Both the position numbers and the translations under genes were made by a program. Below the pieces are notes generated by a model. That model saw only the letters and a list, made by a program, of their open reading frames with translations. It ran no database searches and was not told where the DNA came from. Shown one piece after another: positions 18,792-29,931 of a DNA stretch of 64,000 bases. Numbering within the stretch: position 1 is the first letter of the stretch; each line of letters starts with the position of its first letter. The stretch comes from a virus, in the IMG/VR virus record IMGVR_UViG_3300033149_002633, positions 15,255-79,254 of that record. One strand, 5' to 3'.

Positions 18792-20343
18792 CTACATTTA
18801 TATTTATCATATTCTCAAGAAAAGTATTTTTGACATCTATTGTAAATCCAGCTTCATACCATGCGAGTGCTCTATCTCTGCTATGTTCCCATAGATATTT
18901 TGTATTGTTAGCAAAATCAATGAATATGGCATCAGATTTTTCATGAGCCTTACGTATTAAACGACCTAATGATTGGATGGCTCTGGTTTTTGATTTCCAG
19001 CTTCCAGCTAATATCATAGCATTCATATCTGGAAAGTCAAATCCTTCTCCTACTAACTGGTATGTACATATCATTACTGACACGTTACCATATAAGAATT
19101 CGTTAAATTTCTCATTTCTTTTATTATCCTTTGAATGAGTATATACTACATCATCTTCATCCAAGTCATCTTCAGCAGATATAAAATTAGAGAATTGAAG
19201 TTTAAGTCTTTGACAATGAGCTATTCTATCGGTTAAAATCAATACTTTCCTTTTTTTCCTCATTAGTTTTATTGCTTCTGTTATTATCAGATTATTTCTA
19301 ATTTCATTTTGAATGATATAGTTCTCATATATATCATCATAGTTAAAGCTTCTGGGATAGTTTCTGGGTGGAACTGGTATGAATTTAATTGATGGTTTTA
19401 CAGCTTGTTCTAATTCTATTAGGTCTTTTTGTGTCAGATTACCAACGTTGGGTCCTAAGTATGCATGATAAACTAAATCACTACCATCAGAACGCATATC
19501 GGCTGTACCAGTCAAGCCTATTCTATGATAACAATTTAAGCTCTCGAGTATTTCTTTTGATTGCTTACTTGAAGCATGATGACATTCATCATAGATTACC
19601 AATCCACAATCATCTATAATCGCACGAAAACGCTCATATTCTTTCGATTTTGTTTTTGATTTACCATAGTATATGTTATGGACAAAACTCCTCGTAGCGA
19701 CCACGAAAAGTGGGTTATTTTCTAAATCTGTAACAAGTCTAACCTTCTTTACTACATTAAGCTCATTATCCAAACTGGTTATGAAATATCTTTGAATTCG
19801 TTCTAACCACTGTCGTTCTACTGTAGTGTTAGGAACAATGATTAAAGTAGTAGTCTGTAATATTGAAGCAAGATAAAGACCCATTTGTGTTTTACCAGCT
19901 CCAGTAGCTACATGTAATACACATCTTGCTCCAAGTTCAAGAGCTTCATTGACTATGTCTTTCTGATAACTCCTAAGTATGATTGGCTCCTTCATTGGAA
20001 ATATGACTTTTTTACTCGGAGGTATGAGGTTACTTTCAATTTTTACATCATCAAAAAGTCCAAGAACAACATACATTAACCCACTTGGAAAGATTCTTCT
20101 GTATTTATCATAAAGATGAATTTTTCCATCCCAATCTCTCCACCAATTCATCTTAGATTTCCACTTGAGTATTTCACTGTCTGTTTTAGCTTTCCATAGA
20201 TTTACTTCACATTGAGCTATCTTAGCATCTCTTACTCGTTCCTTTTCTTTTACATCATATGCAAGTATATCATATAGCTTCTGTCTCTCTTCTTGTGTTG
20301 CCTCTATAACTTCTGTATATAGATTACCTACTCTTACTTTCAT
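18763..20343 (-). CDS. superfamily 2 DEAH helicase (UvsW/XPB-like)
   Basis: LRSYQ, ATGAGKT, DECHH, LTGT, EGFD, QSLGRLIR. Confidence 0.93.
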   Translation of the reverse strand: MKVRVGNLYTEVIEATQEERQKLYDILAYDVKEKERVRDAKIAQCEVNLWKAKTDSEILKWKSKMNWWRDWDGKIHLYDKYRRIFPSGLMYVVLGLFDDVKIESNLIPPSKKVIFPMKEPIILRSYQKDIVNEALELGARCVLHVATGAGKTQMGLYLASILQTTTLIIVPNTTVERQWLERIQRYFITSLDNELNVVKKVRLVTDLENNPLFVVATRSFVHNIYYGKSKTKSKEYERFRAIIDDCGLVIYDECHHASSKQSKEILESLNCYHRIGLTGTADMRSDGSDLVYHAYLGPNVGNLTQKDLIELEQAVKPSIKFIPVPPRNYPRSFNYDDIYENYIIQNEIRNNLIITEAIKLMRKKRKVLILTDRIAHCQRLKLQFSNFISAEDDLDEDDVVYTHSKDNKRNEKFNEFLYGNVSVMICTYQLVGEGFDFPDMNAMILAGSWKSKTRAIQSLGRLIRKAHEKSDAIFIDFANNTKYLWEHSRDRALAWYEAGFTIDVKNTFLENMININVDEEGDDYDD

Positions 20344-20540
20344 ACTTCATCCTCCTTTATAAGTGAATATTTGTAAGGATAAACCTCTTTAAATTCGTCA
20401 AACTCTCTCATTTTGTATATTATAAGGACATATAACTTATCTCCTTCTCTAATGTCAAAATCATTTCTTGCCCATTCTGGAAATGTACATCTTCCATTTT
20501 TTCCTATTTTTAATCTTATTAAACAATCTTTCATACTCAT
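20340..20540 (-). CDS. AbrB/MazE-type DNA-binding protein
   Basis: IGKNGRCTFPEWARNDFDIREGDKL. Confidence 0.8.
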   Translation of the reverse strand: MSMKDCLIRLKIGKNGRCTFPEWARNDFDIREGDKLYVLIIYKMREFDEFKEVYPYKYSLIKEDEV

Positions 20541-21508
20541 AGGTCTATCACCATTGTTTCTGGATTGTTATCTATATAACTTAAATCACAAACAAATTCT
20601 GTTTGAAATTTGTCAAGTTCTAAAAAGTGCTGTAAGTGAAACATAATTTTATCATCTATTGAGAATAATGTATCTCTTTTTTTCCATTTAGAAACGAACA
20701 AATGTGTAGGACAAAAAGTCGTATCCATGAATACTGTTTTACCAAAGTCATAGAAGCCATGATAGAGATTTTCTATGTATTTAATTAGTCTTGTACTGTT
20801 CTCTCTTTCTCCGTATATTAGTTCTGGTGATGTAAAAACTATTAATCTAACATTATCATGTTGTATGAGATTATCTATTATCTTATCTCCATTAGGATAA
20901 ATCTCATCTATAATTACAGTAGCGTTTCTTTCTCCTACGTTATCTCTGAACTCGATATATTTCTTCATGTAGTCTTGTTGAGATGTAAAATGTATTATCC
21001 CAGAACCGTTTTTGATATATTCATAGGGTAGTGTATCTATCCACCATCTATAATGATAAAAGAATGTTTTCTTTCTATGTTTCTCATTACTAGCTATAAA
21101 TAAGACTGGTTCTTTTGATAAAATAGAAGCTAATGTTGCTGTCGTTGTTTTTCCAGTCATTCTCCCCCAAAGATGTATATATAATTCATATTGATTGATG
21201 TTCTCTATAACTTCTTTCTGTAAATCTGTAAGTTTAAAGCTTGTTGATTTTTTCTCTGTTACGGCTTCGAATAATGCAAGAGGTCTCCCTTTCGTGCTAA
21301 CTCTTAATGTCTTTCTTTGTACTAGTTTTTTTCTCATCAATATTGCTATGTGGTCATAAAGTGTAGTAGATGGTAAATCTATGTATTTTCTCAATTCATC
21401 TCTAAATGATGGTCCTTTAGCTTGTAAAATATTATAGATTGTTTTACAATAAATACAATCTAATGGATTTTTAAGAGCTTCATGATAATATCTAATTCTT
21501 CCTTTCAT
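20537..21508 (-). CDS. wHTH fused to a terminase-like ATPase domain (no nuclease domain)
   Basis: N-terminal wHTH (LPSTTLYDHIAILMRKKLV..GRP); LTDLQ, WGRMTGKTT, IIDE, ending FQTEFVC. Confidence 0.65.
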   Translation of the reverse strand: MKGRIRYYHEALKNPLDCIYCKTIYNILQAKGPSFRDELRKYIDLPSTTLYDHIAILMRKKLVQRKTLRVSTKGRPLALFEAVTEKKSTSFKLTDLQKEVIENINQYELYIHLWGRMTGKTTTATLASILSKEPVLFIASNEKHRKKTFFYHYRWWIDTLPYEYIKNGSGIIHFTSQQDYMKKYIEFRDNVGERNATVIIDEIYPNGDKIIDNLIQHDNVRLIVFTSPELIYGERENSTRLIKYIENLYHGFYDFGKTVFMDTTFCPTHLFVSKWKKRDTLFSIDDKIMFHLQHFLELDKFQTEFVCDLSYIDNNPETMVIDL

Positions 21509-21571
21509 ATCGAAAGGTTCGCATACATCTATTTAAAGGTTTCGATAAAAATGATTAGAGGAATTTTATCG

Positions 21572-22186
21572 TTATTCCTCTTCTACTTTATTATCTCGCA
21601 TATTAGCAAGGAAAACAGAAAAGCTTTCTATATCATTTCCACCTTTAACAGAACCAGATTGTTTAATCCGTTCTTTTCTTGTGGCGGCAAGTTCTTTGAG
21701 AACACTAAGAAGTTGTTTAGTATGGTCATTGACACTCTTATGAAGGAATTTGGATATCTCAAGTTTTATCTTACTTCCAGTTTCATATGCATCCATTTCA
21801 TAGTCTTCATGATATACGGCGATTTTAGCTGCACTCCTCCATAATTCTTTGAGCTGGATAAAACTTGCTAATACGAGAGCTTTATCACGTAATCCAGCTC
21901 CTTCTCTTTGAAGGTCTCTTAGATGTTCTCGTAATAGATTACGTTCTATTTGACAAGTATCATGAGATTGATAAAAGTCACAACCAAATCTCCTAATAAA
22001 ACAACTATCACATCTTGTATATAGAAAAGATGTATATTCATTAAGTGTCATTGCCACTACAAGGTCATCAGTAGTAACTGCTACAGATGGAGTTTCCGTA
22101 AATTTTTCATCCTCTAAATCAGTTAGCATGTTTGGTACTTCAACTTTTTCTCCCTCATTTTGTTGTGTATCATTTTCTTCCGTCAT
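21572..22186 (-). CDS. hypothetical protein, possible terminase small subunit
   Basis: Cys cluster and helical body ending ELAATRKER; lies next to TerL but on the opposite strand. Confidence 0.4.
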   Translation of the reverse strand: MTEENDTQQNEGEKVEVPNMLTDLEDEKFTETPSVAVTTDDLVVAMTLNEYTSFLYTRCDSCFIRRFGCDFYQSHDTCQIERNLLREHLRDLQREGAGLRDKALVLASFIQLKELWRSAAKIAVYHEDYEMDAYETGSKIKLEISKFLHKSVNDHTKQLLSVLKELAATRKERIKQSGSVKGGNDIESFSVFLANMRDNKVEEE

Positions 22187-22249
22187 TATGCCTATTTAAG
22201 CAGAAAATATATATAAGTATTCTGTGTTTAACAATTAGGTGATAATATT

Positions 22250-22618
22250 ATGGGTGAAACATTAGTTGATAGAAATATACGTTTGCTTAAAGAGAGGGTT
22301 ACAAAATTAGAAGAGATGATTGGAACTGACTTAGTAGAAAAGCTCAATAATTTTAAACCAGAGAAAGTAGATTTGATGCCTTTAGAAGCAAAAATAAATT
22401 CTGTAAATACACATATTACTGAGATGGAAAAGAAGTATAACAGTTTGATTGAGCAGCTTAAATCAGTTATAAATGCTAAGACTAATGAACTCAGTACCAA
22501 AATTCTGGAAGTTAGTAAGAAGCTAGAAATTACTGAAGCAAAGCTACAAAAACAATTAGATGAACTATTCGAACATCCTTCTATCAAAATTATAGAAGAT
22601 GAACCCCCTTCTGAATGA
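22250..22618 (+). CDS. coiled-coil protein
   Basis: Heptad-rich ORF with GGTGA RBS. Confidence 0.7.
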   Translation: MGETLVDRNIRLLKERVTKLEEMIGTDLVEKLNNFKPEKVDLMPLEAKINSVNTHITEMEKKYNSLIEQLKSVINAKTNELSTKILEVSKKLEITEAKLQKQLDELFEHPSIKIIEDEPPSE

Positions 22619-22671
22619 TTTTGTATTGTAACATAAAAACCTTTTAATATTTATTTTATCTTTTTTAATAT

Positions 22672-24297
22672 ATGGATGACGAGATGCTACGTAAGTTAGC
22701 ACAAGGGATGTTAAATGACCCAGTCCTTTTTGTTCAGAAAACCACTGGAAATATACCTTATTTTTATCAAGAAGAATTATTGAGATGTAATGATAGATTT
22801 ATAGCAGCTTGTTGGGCAAGACAGTTAGGCAAAAGCTGGATAGTAAGAATGAAGGCAATATATCAAGCTTTCACTTATCCAGACCAACTTATCATAATCA
22901 TTTCAGCTACTGAAAAACAAGCATTACATTTCTATCGTTTGTTAATGAAGGAAATACAAGACTCTGATTTATTACGTAATGAGATAGCTAGATATACTAA
23001 AACTATGGCTGTTTTAAAGAATGGTAGCCAAATTATTTGTCTTGCACCTTCAGAGAAATCAGTAAGAGGTTATTCTGCTGATTTAGTTATTATAGATGAA
23101 GCAGACTTTGTTGCCAGAGAAGTAATAGTAGCTGTAGAACAATGTATTACAGCAAGATATGGTAAAATGATACTTATTTCTACTCCTTCTCCAGAAGGTA
23201 TTGGTTCATTATTCTATCAATATTTTAATGATGGGTTAAGAGCTCAGAGAGAAGGATTGGTAGGAACTGATGAACATAAATTCAAGTATAGAGTTTTCCA
23301 TTATACTTATGAAGTTGGATTACAAGTAACAAGAGTTGAACGAGGTCAAAGACGTACCCAATTAGACCCGCATATGATTGCTATCAAACGCAAGACCATG
23401 GCTGAATGGGAATGGAAAAGAGAATATATGGCAGAATGGGCTGATAGTGTAGGTACTTACTACAATAGACTACACATAGAATCTTGTACGGATAAAAATT
23501 ATAGAATGATGGAAAATCAACTTGGGAAAGGAATGAAAGAATATATAGGAGAGTTTGAATATTATTCAGATTGTATCTATTTTGCTGGTGCGGACTTTGC
23601 TAAACAGATAGACAAAACAGTTTTAGCTATTTGTAGAACTATGTCAGATGGAGGTTATAAGATAGTTTATTTCTTTGAAGCTCAAGGAGTAGATTATACA
23701 ATACAAGGATATTATATTGTTAAAGCACTTGGCAGATATAAAGTTTCTATGGCTTGGGGAGATAAAAGCGGAGTAGGAGAGCCATTTATCGACTATATCA
23801 GTAGATTAGCTAGAGAAGACCCAGAATGTGATAACTTACAAAAAATTGAACCAGTAGCTCTTACAAATCTAAAGAAGCAAGAAATCTTTGGTAATACCAT
23901 TCCAATTGTAGCTCAACAACATATAGTGTTTCCTAACCATCCTCAATTCTTACAAGAAATGATTTATCTTAAAAGAGAACTAACTCCAGAAGGAATGTTA
24001 AAAATCAACGGTCCCACTGAAATGGATGATATTAATGATGACTATCCTATGGCTTTTGCACTAATGATGATGTGCGAACTTAAGAGTAACTATTCCAGAG
24101 ACTTTTTTGTTACTGCTACTCCACAATATGCAGAAATGATTAAAGACGATAGGAGAAGAGATGCTTTTGGAGAAACAACTTCATTATATGACAAAGACGA
24201 AATGTCCTTTTTCTATACTCCAGATGGATTAGATAGTACTATGGCTTTTTCCTTTAATAGAGGAATAAAAAGAACGAGAAGTAGAAGATTATTCTAA
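22672..24297 (+). CDS. terL: terminase large subunit
   Basis: YFYQ, ARQLGKS, IIDEA, ISTP, RNase H-like GADFAK..D, DDYPMA. Confidence 0.95.
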   Translation: MDDEMLRKLAQGMLNDPVLFVQKTTGNIPYFYQEELLRCNDRFIAACWARQLGKSWIVRMKAIYQAFTYPDQLIIIISATEKQALHFYRLLMKEIQDSDLLRNEIARYTKTMAVLKNGSQIICLAPSEKSVRGYSADLVIIDEADFVAREVIVAVEQCITARYGKMILISTPSPEGIGSLFYQYFNDGLRAQREGLVGTDEHKFKYRVFHYTYEVGLQVTRVERGQRRTQLDPHMIAIKRKTMAEWEWKREYMAEWADSVGTYYNRLHIESCTDKNYRMMENQLGKGMKEYIGEFEYYSDCIYFAGADFAKQIDKTVLAICRTMSDGGYKIVYFFEAQGVDYTIQGYYIVKALGRYKVSMAWGDKSGVGEPFIDYISRLAREDPECDNLQKIEPVALTNLKKQEIFGNTIPIVAQQHIVFPNHPQFLQEMIYLKRELTPEGMLKINGPTEMDDINDDYPMAFALMMMCELKSNYSRDFFVTATPQYAEMIKDDRRRDAFGETTSLYDKDEMSFFYTPDGLDSTMAFSFNRGIKRTRSRRLF

Positions 24298-26438
24298 ATC
24301 TTCTCATCGTAATAAATCACTATTCTTCCAATTTTACAATGTATATCATTTTTAGTCAATGTGCCAAGTGCTTGATTGTTTATATTTACAAATAGTTCTA
24401 ATAAGTAAATACATCCATCGTCTGCATCTGAATCAGCAACACTATTCCAATTTCCAGTAAGTTCGAATTCTCCCCATCCATTATTAGCAGATGTTATTGC
24501 AGCTATTTGCTCACCATTTATTATTGTATATTTGGTACCATAGTAAGGTTGCGTAGCATTAGCATACCATTGATAGAGATAAACTTTAATTTCTATAGAA
24601 CTTGTATCCCAATTTGCTGGTTCAATACAATAAGCATTTACTCCTATTTTTATTCCTTTAAACGTAGTTTTAGATGATTTAATATCGATTTTGAATGGGG
24701 TTCTAAAGTATGCTTGACCTATACCATTATCATCTTTATGGAAATCTGGTAAAATAATATCACCAGTTAAGTCTCCAAAAGCATCTTCTTCTGTCATTGA
24801 GAAATTACAATCATAAGTATCGGATATTTTAATCCAGAATGGATACTGAAAAATTGAAGCATTTATTGATGAGAAGCTTTGAGAACTTGCATCGTTAGGT
24901 GCATCTATACTACTGCTTATATAGTGCCAAGCTCCAAAACCACCAAGAGTGATAGATTTCGATGTTGTAGTTATTATTTCTCCATCAACATAAAGGTTTG
25001 TTGGTATTCTAACACCATTTAAACCACTTAATTCAAGCTCTGTATTAGCATTTATCTTTAAATCTCCATCTTCTCCAAATTCTATAATTGCACCAGAGAC
25101 ACTAATTTGTGATGAGTTTAGAACTATAGAGGTAGGACTTATAATGTTTATACCACTACCAGATAATGTCAAAGAACCAACAGTATTTTTGATGGAAGTA
25201 TTAAGCTGGTTCATCTCAATATTTCCAGAGAAGGTAGCTAAGCCAGATATAGTAATATCTCCGTTAATTGTTGCTCCACTATCTGCTGTTAGCCAATTTG
25301 TAGATATACCAGTGTCTCCATCAATAGTTACTGTTACATTACCAAGCGTATTAAAGGCACTTAATTGTCCAGCAGAAGAAATGTAAATGCTTGGATTTAA
25401 ACCATAAGGAACTGAAAGTGTCTGGAATAAACCATTTTCAAATTCTGCACTTGAACCACTTACTGTTGTACCAGCAGTAAATTCAACTATTCCTCCACTC
25501 ACATCATCTATTTCATTGACATAAATCTTTTTACCAGCAGTGATGGTCACATTATCATTAAGCGTAATTGGTGCTCCAGAAATTGTTATTGAAGTATCAA
25601 AGTCTATATAGCTTCCATTTTGAGCTGTTATTTTATTAGGGTCAAAAATCATAGAGTTTAATGAGAGAGATGTAGCGTTGTCTAAAATAATTGTATCAAC
25701 AGCTAATGAACCACTAACTATTAGGTTATTTTTTATGAGTGCATCATTATCTGCTGTAAAATTATATACGTCTATATTATTAGAACCTAAATCTACATTA
25801 TAATTAAATGTAATACCAGAAGTATTGAACTCAGCAATAACTTCTCCCTTATATGATTTTATACGAACACTATAACTGTTTTTTGCTATTATATCATTTA
25901 CTCTTGTTTCTGGATATCCAGTAGTATGAACATTTATAATACTACTAATATCTAAAGTTGTTTCTGCTCTGGTATAGGTAGCTAATAATATTTCATCATC
26001 TTCTATAGTATCAGTTATAGCTTTTTCTACTAATACAAAACTTTCGTTTTCTACTTCTCTTAAATTTCCATCTATTTGCCAATCATCAGCGGACTCAAGT
26101 ATTTTAGCTACAAGTAATCTATTACCACTTGTTACAGTTCCACTTAATTGTGTAGTAGTAAAGTCTTCTGATGACGCTTGTCTTAACCATCTACCATTAA
26201 TCATTAAGTTTCCAGCAGCTAAATGAATAGTAGAATCGGTATTAGTAATCTCACAACCATTTCTAATCCTTGATAATACACCAACATCCATCATATCTTC
26301 TATGATACGTTGGGTATTCTTGAAAACTGACTGGTCAGAGGTTAGAGCTGACCATTTGATATTCTCAATAACAATAGGTGATTGTTCTACTATATCACTT
26401 TCCGTTATATGTTCCTTAGATAATGTTTTATATGACAT
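24294..26438 (-). CDS. tail fibre or baseplate-attached fibre protein
   Basis: Follows baseplate J/I genes; beta-repeat, Ser/Gly/Thr-rich. Confidence 0.7.
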   Translation of the reverse strand: MSYKTLSKEHITESDIVEQSPIVIENIKWSALTSDQSVFKNTQRIIEDMMDVGVLSRIRNGCEITNTDSTIHLAAGNLMINGRWLRQASSEDFTTTQLSGTVTSGNRLLVAKILESADDWQIDGNLREVENESFVLVEKAITDTIEDDEILLATYTRAETTLDISSIINVHTTGYPETRVNDIIAKNSYSVRIKSYKGEVIAEFNTSGITFNYNVDLGSNNIDVYNFTADNDALIKNNLIVSGSLAVDTIILDNATSLSLNSMIFDPNKITAQNGSYIDFDTSITISGAPITLNDNVTITAGKKIYVNEIDDVSGGIVEFTAGTTVSGSSAEFENGLFQTLSVPYGLNPSIYISSAGQLSAFNTLGNVTVTIDGDTGISTNWLTADSGATINGDITISGLATFSGNIEMNQLNTSIKNTVGSLTLSGSGINIISPTSIVLNSSQISVSGAIIEFGEDGDLKINANTELELSGLNGVRIPTNLYVDGEIITTTSKSITLGGFGAWHYISSSIDAPNDASSQSFSSINASIFQYPFWIKISDTYDCNFSMTEEDAFGDLTGDIILPDFHKDDNGIGQAYFRTPFKIDIKSSKTTFKGIKIGVNAYCIEPANWDTSSIEIKVYLYQWYANATQPYYGTKYTIINGEQIAAITSANNGWGEFELTGNWNSVADSDADDGCIYLLELFVNINNQALGTLTKNDIHCKIGRIVIYYDEKI

Positions 26439-26450
26439 TTTTATTTACTC

Positions 26451-27152
26451 CTATATTACTATTGGCTGTAATGTTATTTTATATCTTATGCCTAAAGGTC
26501 TCACTTCATCTACTACTTGTTTAAGTAGGACTTTCTTTTCTTCTTGATTCCAATATTGATAATAATCCCTATTTTGAATAGAATTACTTGTTGTTCCACT
26601 AACCAATTTTATAATTATTTCAGCACCATAAATTTCTCCTTCTAAAGATGACCAATAACCTATTTCTAATCCATTATAGGTACTTCCCCAATATGAAGTA
26701 GAGCCACTACTTACATCATTCCAATAAGATATCAAACCACTCAATCTTGGTTCATTTATAATTATCCTATTAGTTTCTGACCACCCCTCATAACCAAAAG
26801 CTCCTTCTCCTATAAAATCATATATTACTCGTTTTATACTATTTTTATTTCCCCCTCCTTCAAATGATTTCCAATAAGTAGAAGCTCTAATAGCTAAACT
26901 TTCACTATCTTCCATAGGAAATTCATAAACTCCAAAATATTTAGATGCATCTGTTAAAACCCAATCACTGGCATTAACAACTAATTTTTCTTCATTTCTA
27001 ATATCTTGTCTTATATTTTCAGTATCTACAGCACAAGATATAGCCATCATAAATTTATAAATGACACTATCTTCATTACTGACAAAAGATTGTGGTAGAT
27101 AATTCCACACACCACTACTAACTATCTCACTAAAATCTTTACTCCATGCCAT
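26451..27152 (-). CDS. baseplate wedge protein (P2 gpI-like)
   Basis: Position after gpJ; GGNKNSIK and C-terminal DEVRPLG. Confidence 0.7.
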   Translation of the reverse strand: MAWSKDFSEIVSSGVWNYLPQSFVSNEDSVIYKFMMAISCAVDTENIRQDIRNEEKLVVNASDWVLTDASKYFGVYEFPMEDSESLAIRASTYWKSFEGGGNKNSIKRVIYDFIGEGAFGYEGWSETNRIIINEPRLSGLISYWNDVSSGSTSYWGSTYNGLEIGYWSSLEGEIYGAEIIIKLVSGTTSNSIQNRDYYQYWNQEEKKVLLKQVVDEVRPLGIRYKITLQPIVI

Positions 27153-29464
27153 TATCTCACCTTAGGTACTGCTGTACTGTCTATTCTAAATAATGATGCT
27201 ACTTCTGTTTTCCAGATTTGGTAATCTACAGAGGCATTATTTGTTCCACTAATAGGCATCATTACCATGAAACGCATAGGTCGAGGAGTTATTTCCCATG
27301 AACCACTTGTAGCAATATAAAACAATTCTCCAGAAATAGGTCTATCATACCATGCATTAGTTCCTAAAAATAGAGAACCACTTGCACTTACACCAGAGAC
27401 TACTACCCAATGTTTTTCATCTCTTTGTGTTACGGTTAAAACATCATCGAACTCTACAAAATAATCTTGTGCTATACTACTATCTAACGTTATCGTACCA
27501 GATGTTAAAAGGTCAGTGGGTCCAGAATTTGTTCCAGACCAAACAGAGACAGAAACTTGGTCTCCTATTGTCCCAGATAGATTTACTACTACTCCTACTA
27601 TTTTATCATATTCATAGTTCTCGTAAATGAATAGTAAATCTTCTCCATCTTGTAATGAAGCTTCATTACTACCAGATATACTATCAACTATAGTTATTGA
27701 AGTTGGAGTATGGCTGTCATAATAATTATTGACATATAATGGGTTGCGTATCCAGTTACCGTCATTATCTTGTAAAGCACGATAAACCAATGGAGTTGAA
27801 ACTGTAACCCCAGTTATATTTGACCCACTCATTACATAGGTATTAGAGCCAGATACATATTGATAAACATCTGAATATGATTTAGTTCCCATGTAAAATT
27901 GTTGAGCAAAACGAGTTCCACTTGCTGTTCCAGCTCCACTACCTAAATCTATCACATATTCTAATCCATATGGAGTAAATTCATAGGTTGAAATATAGAA
28001 TTTATTTATTTGTGTAGAATAGACTCCTATAACATTCATCGATACATCCATTAGCTTTGAATAAACTACATCTTCTCCTATTTTCAAATCAGCAATATAA
28101 TCATTTATCTTGTTCTCTACATTCAGTAAGATATTATTTCTATCATGCCAATATCCATCATCTGGCATAATAGACAAATCAAGATAAACATATTTAAACG
28201 TAGGATGATAAATTGTATGTCTTGTACCTACTGGTTTCTTTTCTTTTATTACTTCTTCAACTCTATTGATAGTATTGATATTAGTTATCTGTTTATTATC
28301 TCCGAGAATAAATACTTGGATATAGCTTTCAGCAATAAAAGGTTTGTTTTCTATATCATAGACTTTACATTCTGCTATACCTTCTATACTTTCTATTGCT
28401 CCTTCTATGGCACTATAAGTTGCTGAACCTTGTTTTAATGAAGCGTTCAAAATCCTTGAACGCAATTCTTCATCTGTTTCTCTATCCGAACCATTATTGA
28501 AATAATTCTGTTGTCCTAAATGGGTAGGAGGATTAAAAACTCTAACATTACTTTCTTCAGTTGTTAAAGAACTATCAGTCCATATTTTTGTTATGGTCAT
28601 TGGTGCAACATTTTGGGAAGCACCAGTTGTAGTAGCTCTAACTGTTATATATCCCGTTTTTCCAGCTTCTAATGTGATAAATGATGTTGGTTGAAAAATA
28701 GCGGACTTATCTACTGTAGAAAATCTATGAGAAGCTGATACTGTAAAACTTTCTGTCGAACTTTGATTTTCTATATACAAATATCCACTTGTATAGGTAG
28801 ACTCTCTTCTTACTACTCCCCATGGATATGCTAATTCATCTAATGCATCTCCATCAGCAGTTCTAACAAAACTATCTAAAAAGTTATCATAATTTTTAGC
28901 ATCAACATTCGCTAAGACCATTGAGATAGCTTCTATTATAGTAGTTAGAACTGTTCCATCACTAAAATTATTAGCATCACAAATCTTACTACTATCAAAA
29001 TACTTGTAATTAATTCTAAACAAAGTTCCGTCTTTCGGATGATAACCAGAAGTGGTATTCCATCTTATAGCATTATACATTGGCTGTCCATGATAGACTG
29101 AACCAGAAGATGAAACATTCATCCTTGACCCACTCCAATATAACCAGTAATTAACACTCGGGTCATCATCTGTTGGAGGATTATAATATTCACTATCTTG
29201 TAATATTTGTCCTCTTCCTTGTTTCCATGCATCTACACCCTTAAAAGAACCTTCTAAAGGAACCCAATTTCCATCTTCATTTATCCCTTCTACTGAAAGG
29301 ATTTCTACAATTGTTGGGTTAGTTGCAGAAGCTCCACTAAGAATATATATATCATTATCATCACTATAAACGTATTCCTCGCTCTCAATTAAAACTATAC
29401 CATCTCTTAACTGTTCTATGATTTGTTGTTTAATCTCTGAAGATGTTCTTGGATTATAAGACAT
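27152..29464 (-). CDS. baseplate J-like protein
   Basis: TADGDALDELA...GVVR, GSDRETDEELRSRI, KKPVG, LKIGEDV. Confidence 0.9.
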   Translation of the reverse strand: MSYNPRTSSEIKQQIIEQLRDGIVLIESEEYVYSDDNDIYILSGASATNPTIVEILSVEGINEDGNWVPLEGSFKGVDAWKQGRGQILQDSEYYNPPTDDDPSVNYWLYWSGSRMNVSSSGSVYHGQPMYNAIRWNTTSGYHPKDGTLFRINYKYFDSSKICDANNFSDGTVLTTIIEAISMVLANVDAKNYDNFLDSFVRTADGDALDELAYPWGVVRRESTYTSGYLYIENQSSTESFTVSASHRFSTVDKSAIFQPTSFITLEAGKTGYITVRATTTGASQNVAPMTITKIWTDSSLTTEESNVRVFNPPTHLGQQNYFNNGSDRETDEELRSRILNASLKQGSATYSAIEGAIESIEGIAECKVYDIENKPFIAESYIQVFILGDNKQITNINTINRVEEVIKEKKPVGTRHTIYHPTFKYVYLDLSIMPDDGYWHDRNNILLNVENKINDYIADLKIGEDVVYSKLMDVSMNVIGVYSTQINKFYISTYEFTPYGLEYVIDLGSGAGTASGTRFAQQFYMGTKSYSDVYQYVSGSNTYVMSGSNITGVTVSTPLVYRALQDNDGNWIRNPLYVNNYYDSHTPTSITIVDSISGSNEASLQDGEDLLFIYENYEYDKIVGVVVNLSGTIGDQVSVSVWSGTNSGPTDLLTSGTITLDSSIAQDYFVEFDDVLTVTQRDEKHWVVVSGVSASGSLFLGTNAWYDRPISGELFYIATSGSWEITPRPMRFMVMMPISGTNNASVDYQIWKTEVASLFRIDSTAVPKVR

Positions 29465-29910
29465 TATACTGTCACCCCTAATGTAGCTGTTCCTCCACTT
29501 ATAATAGTTAATATAATTTCAAAATATAATTCTCCACTTGTAGTAGCATATGTATTTGAAAATTCTATTGAAGTAATGATATTACTGTAATATTTCATGA
29601 TAGAGTTAATAACTTCCACTTGCATTATTTCTATAAACTCTTCATCTGGGATAGGGTTTAAAGTTAAATATTTAAAAGTAGAACCAAAATCTGGGTGAAA
29701 AGGTAATTCTCCTTCTCCAGTTACTGGATTATAAACCGTATTTAATAAAAGTGTTACAACGTTAAGGGTTAGTTCTGCTAAACCATCAGTGAGTTTTAAG
29801 TCACCATCACCCTTAACGTCTAAATCTAAACTTCCATCTATTGCTCTTAGTTTTAAATCTCTTCCATATATTTCATTTTCTTCGGCATTGGTCATTAACT
29901 TAGGAGACAT
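29464..29910 (-). CDS. baseplate wedge/sheath initiator (gp25/gpW-like)
   Basis: GDLKL..G, GELPFHPDFGS. Confidence 0.85.
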   Translation of the reverse strand: MSPKLMTNAEENEIYGRDLKLRAIDGSLDLDVKGDGDLKLTDGLAELTLNVVTLLLNTVYNPVTGEGELPFHPDFGSTFKYLTLNPIPDEEFIEIMQVEVINSIMKYYSNIITSIEFSNTYATTSGELYFEIILTIISGGTATLGVTV

Positions 29911-29931
29911 CTAAATATATTTGTATTATTC

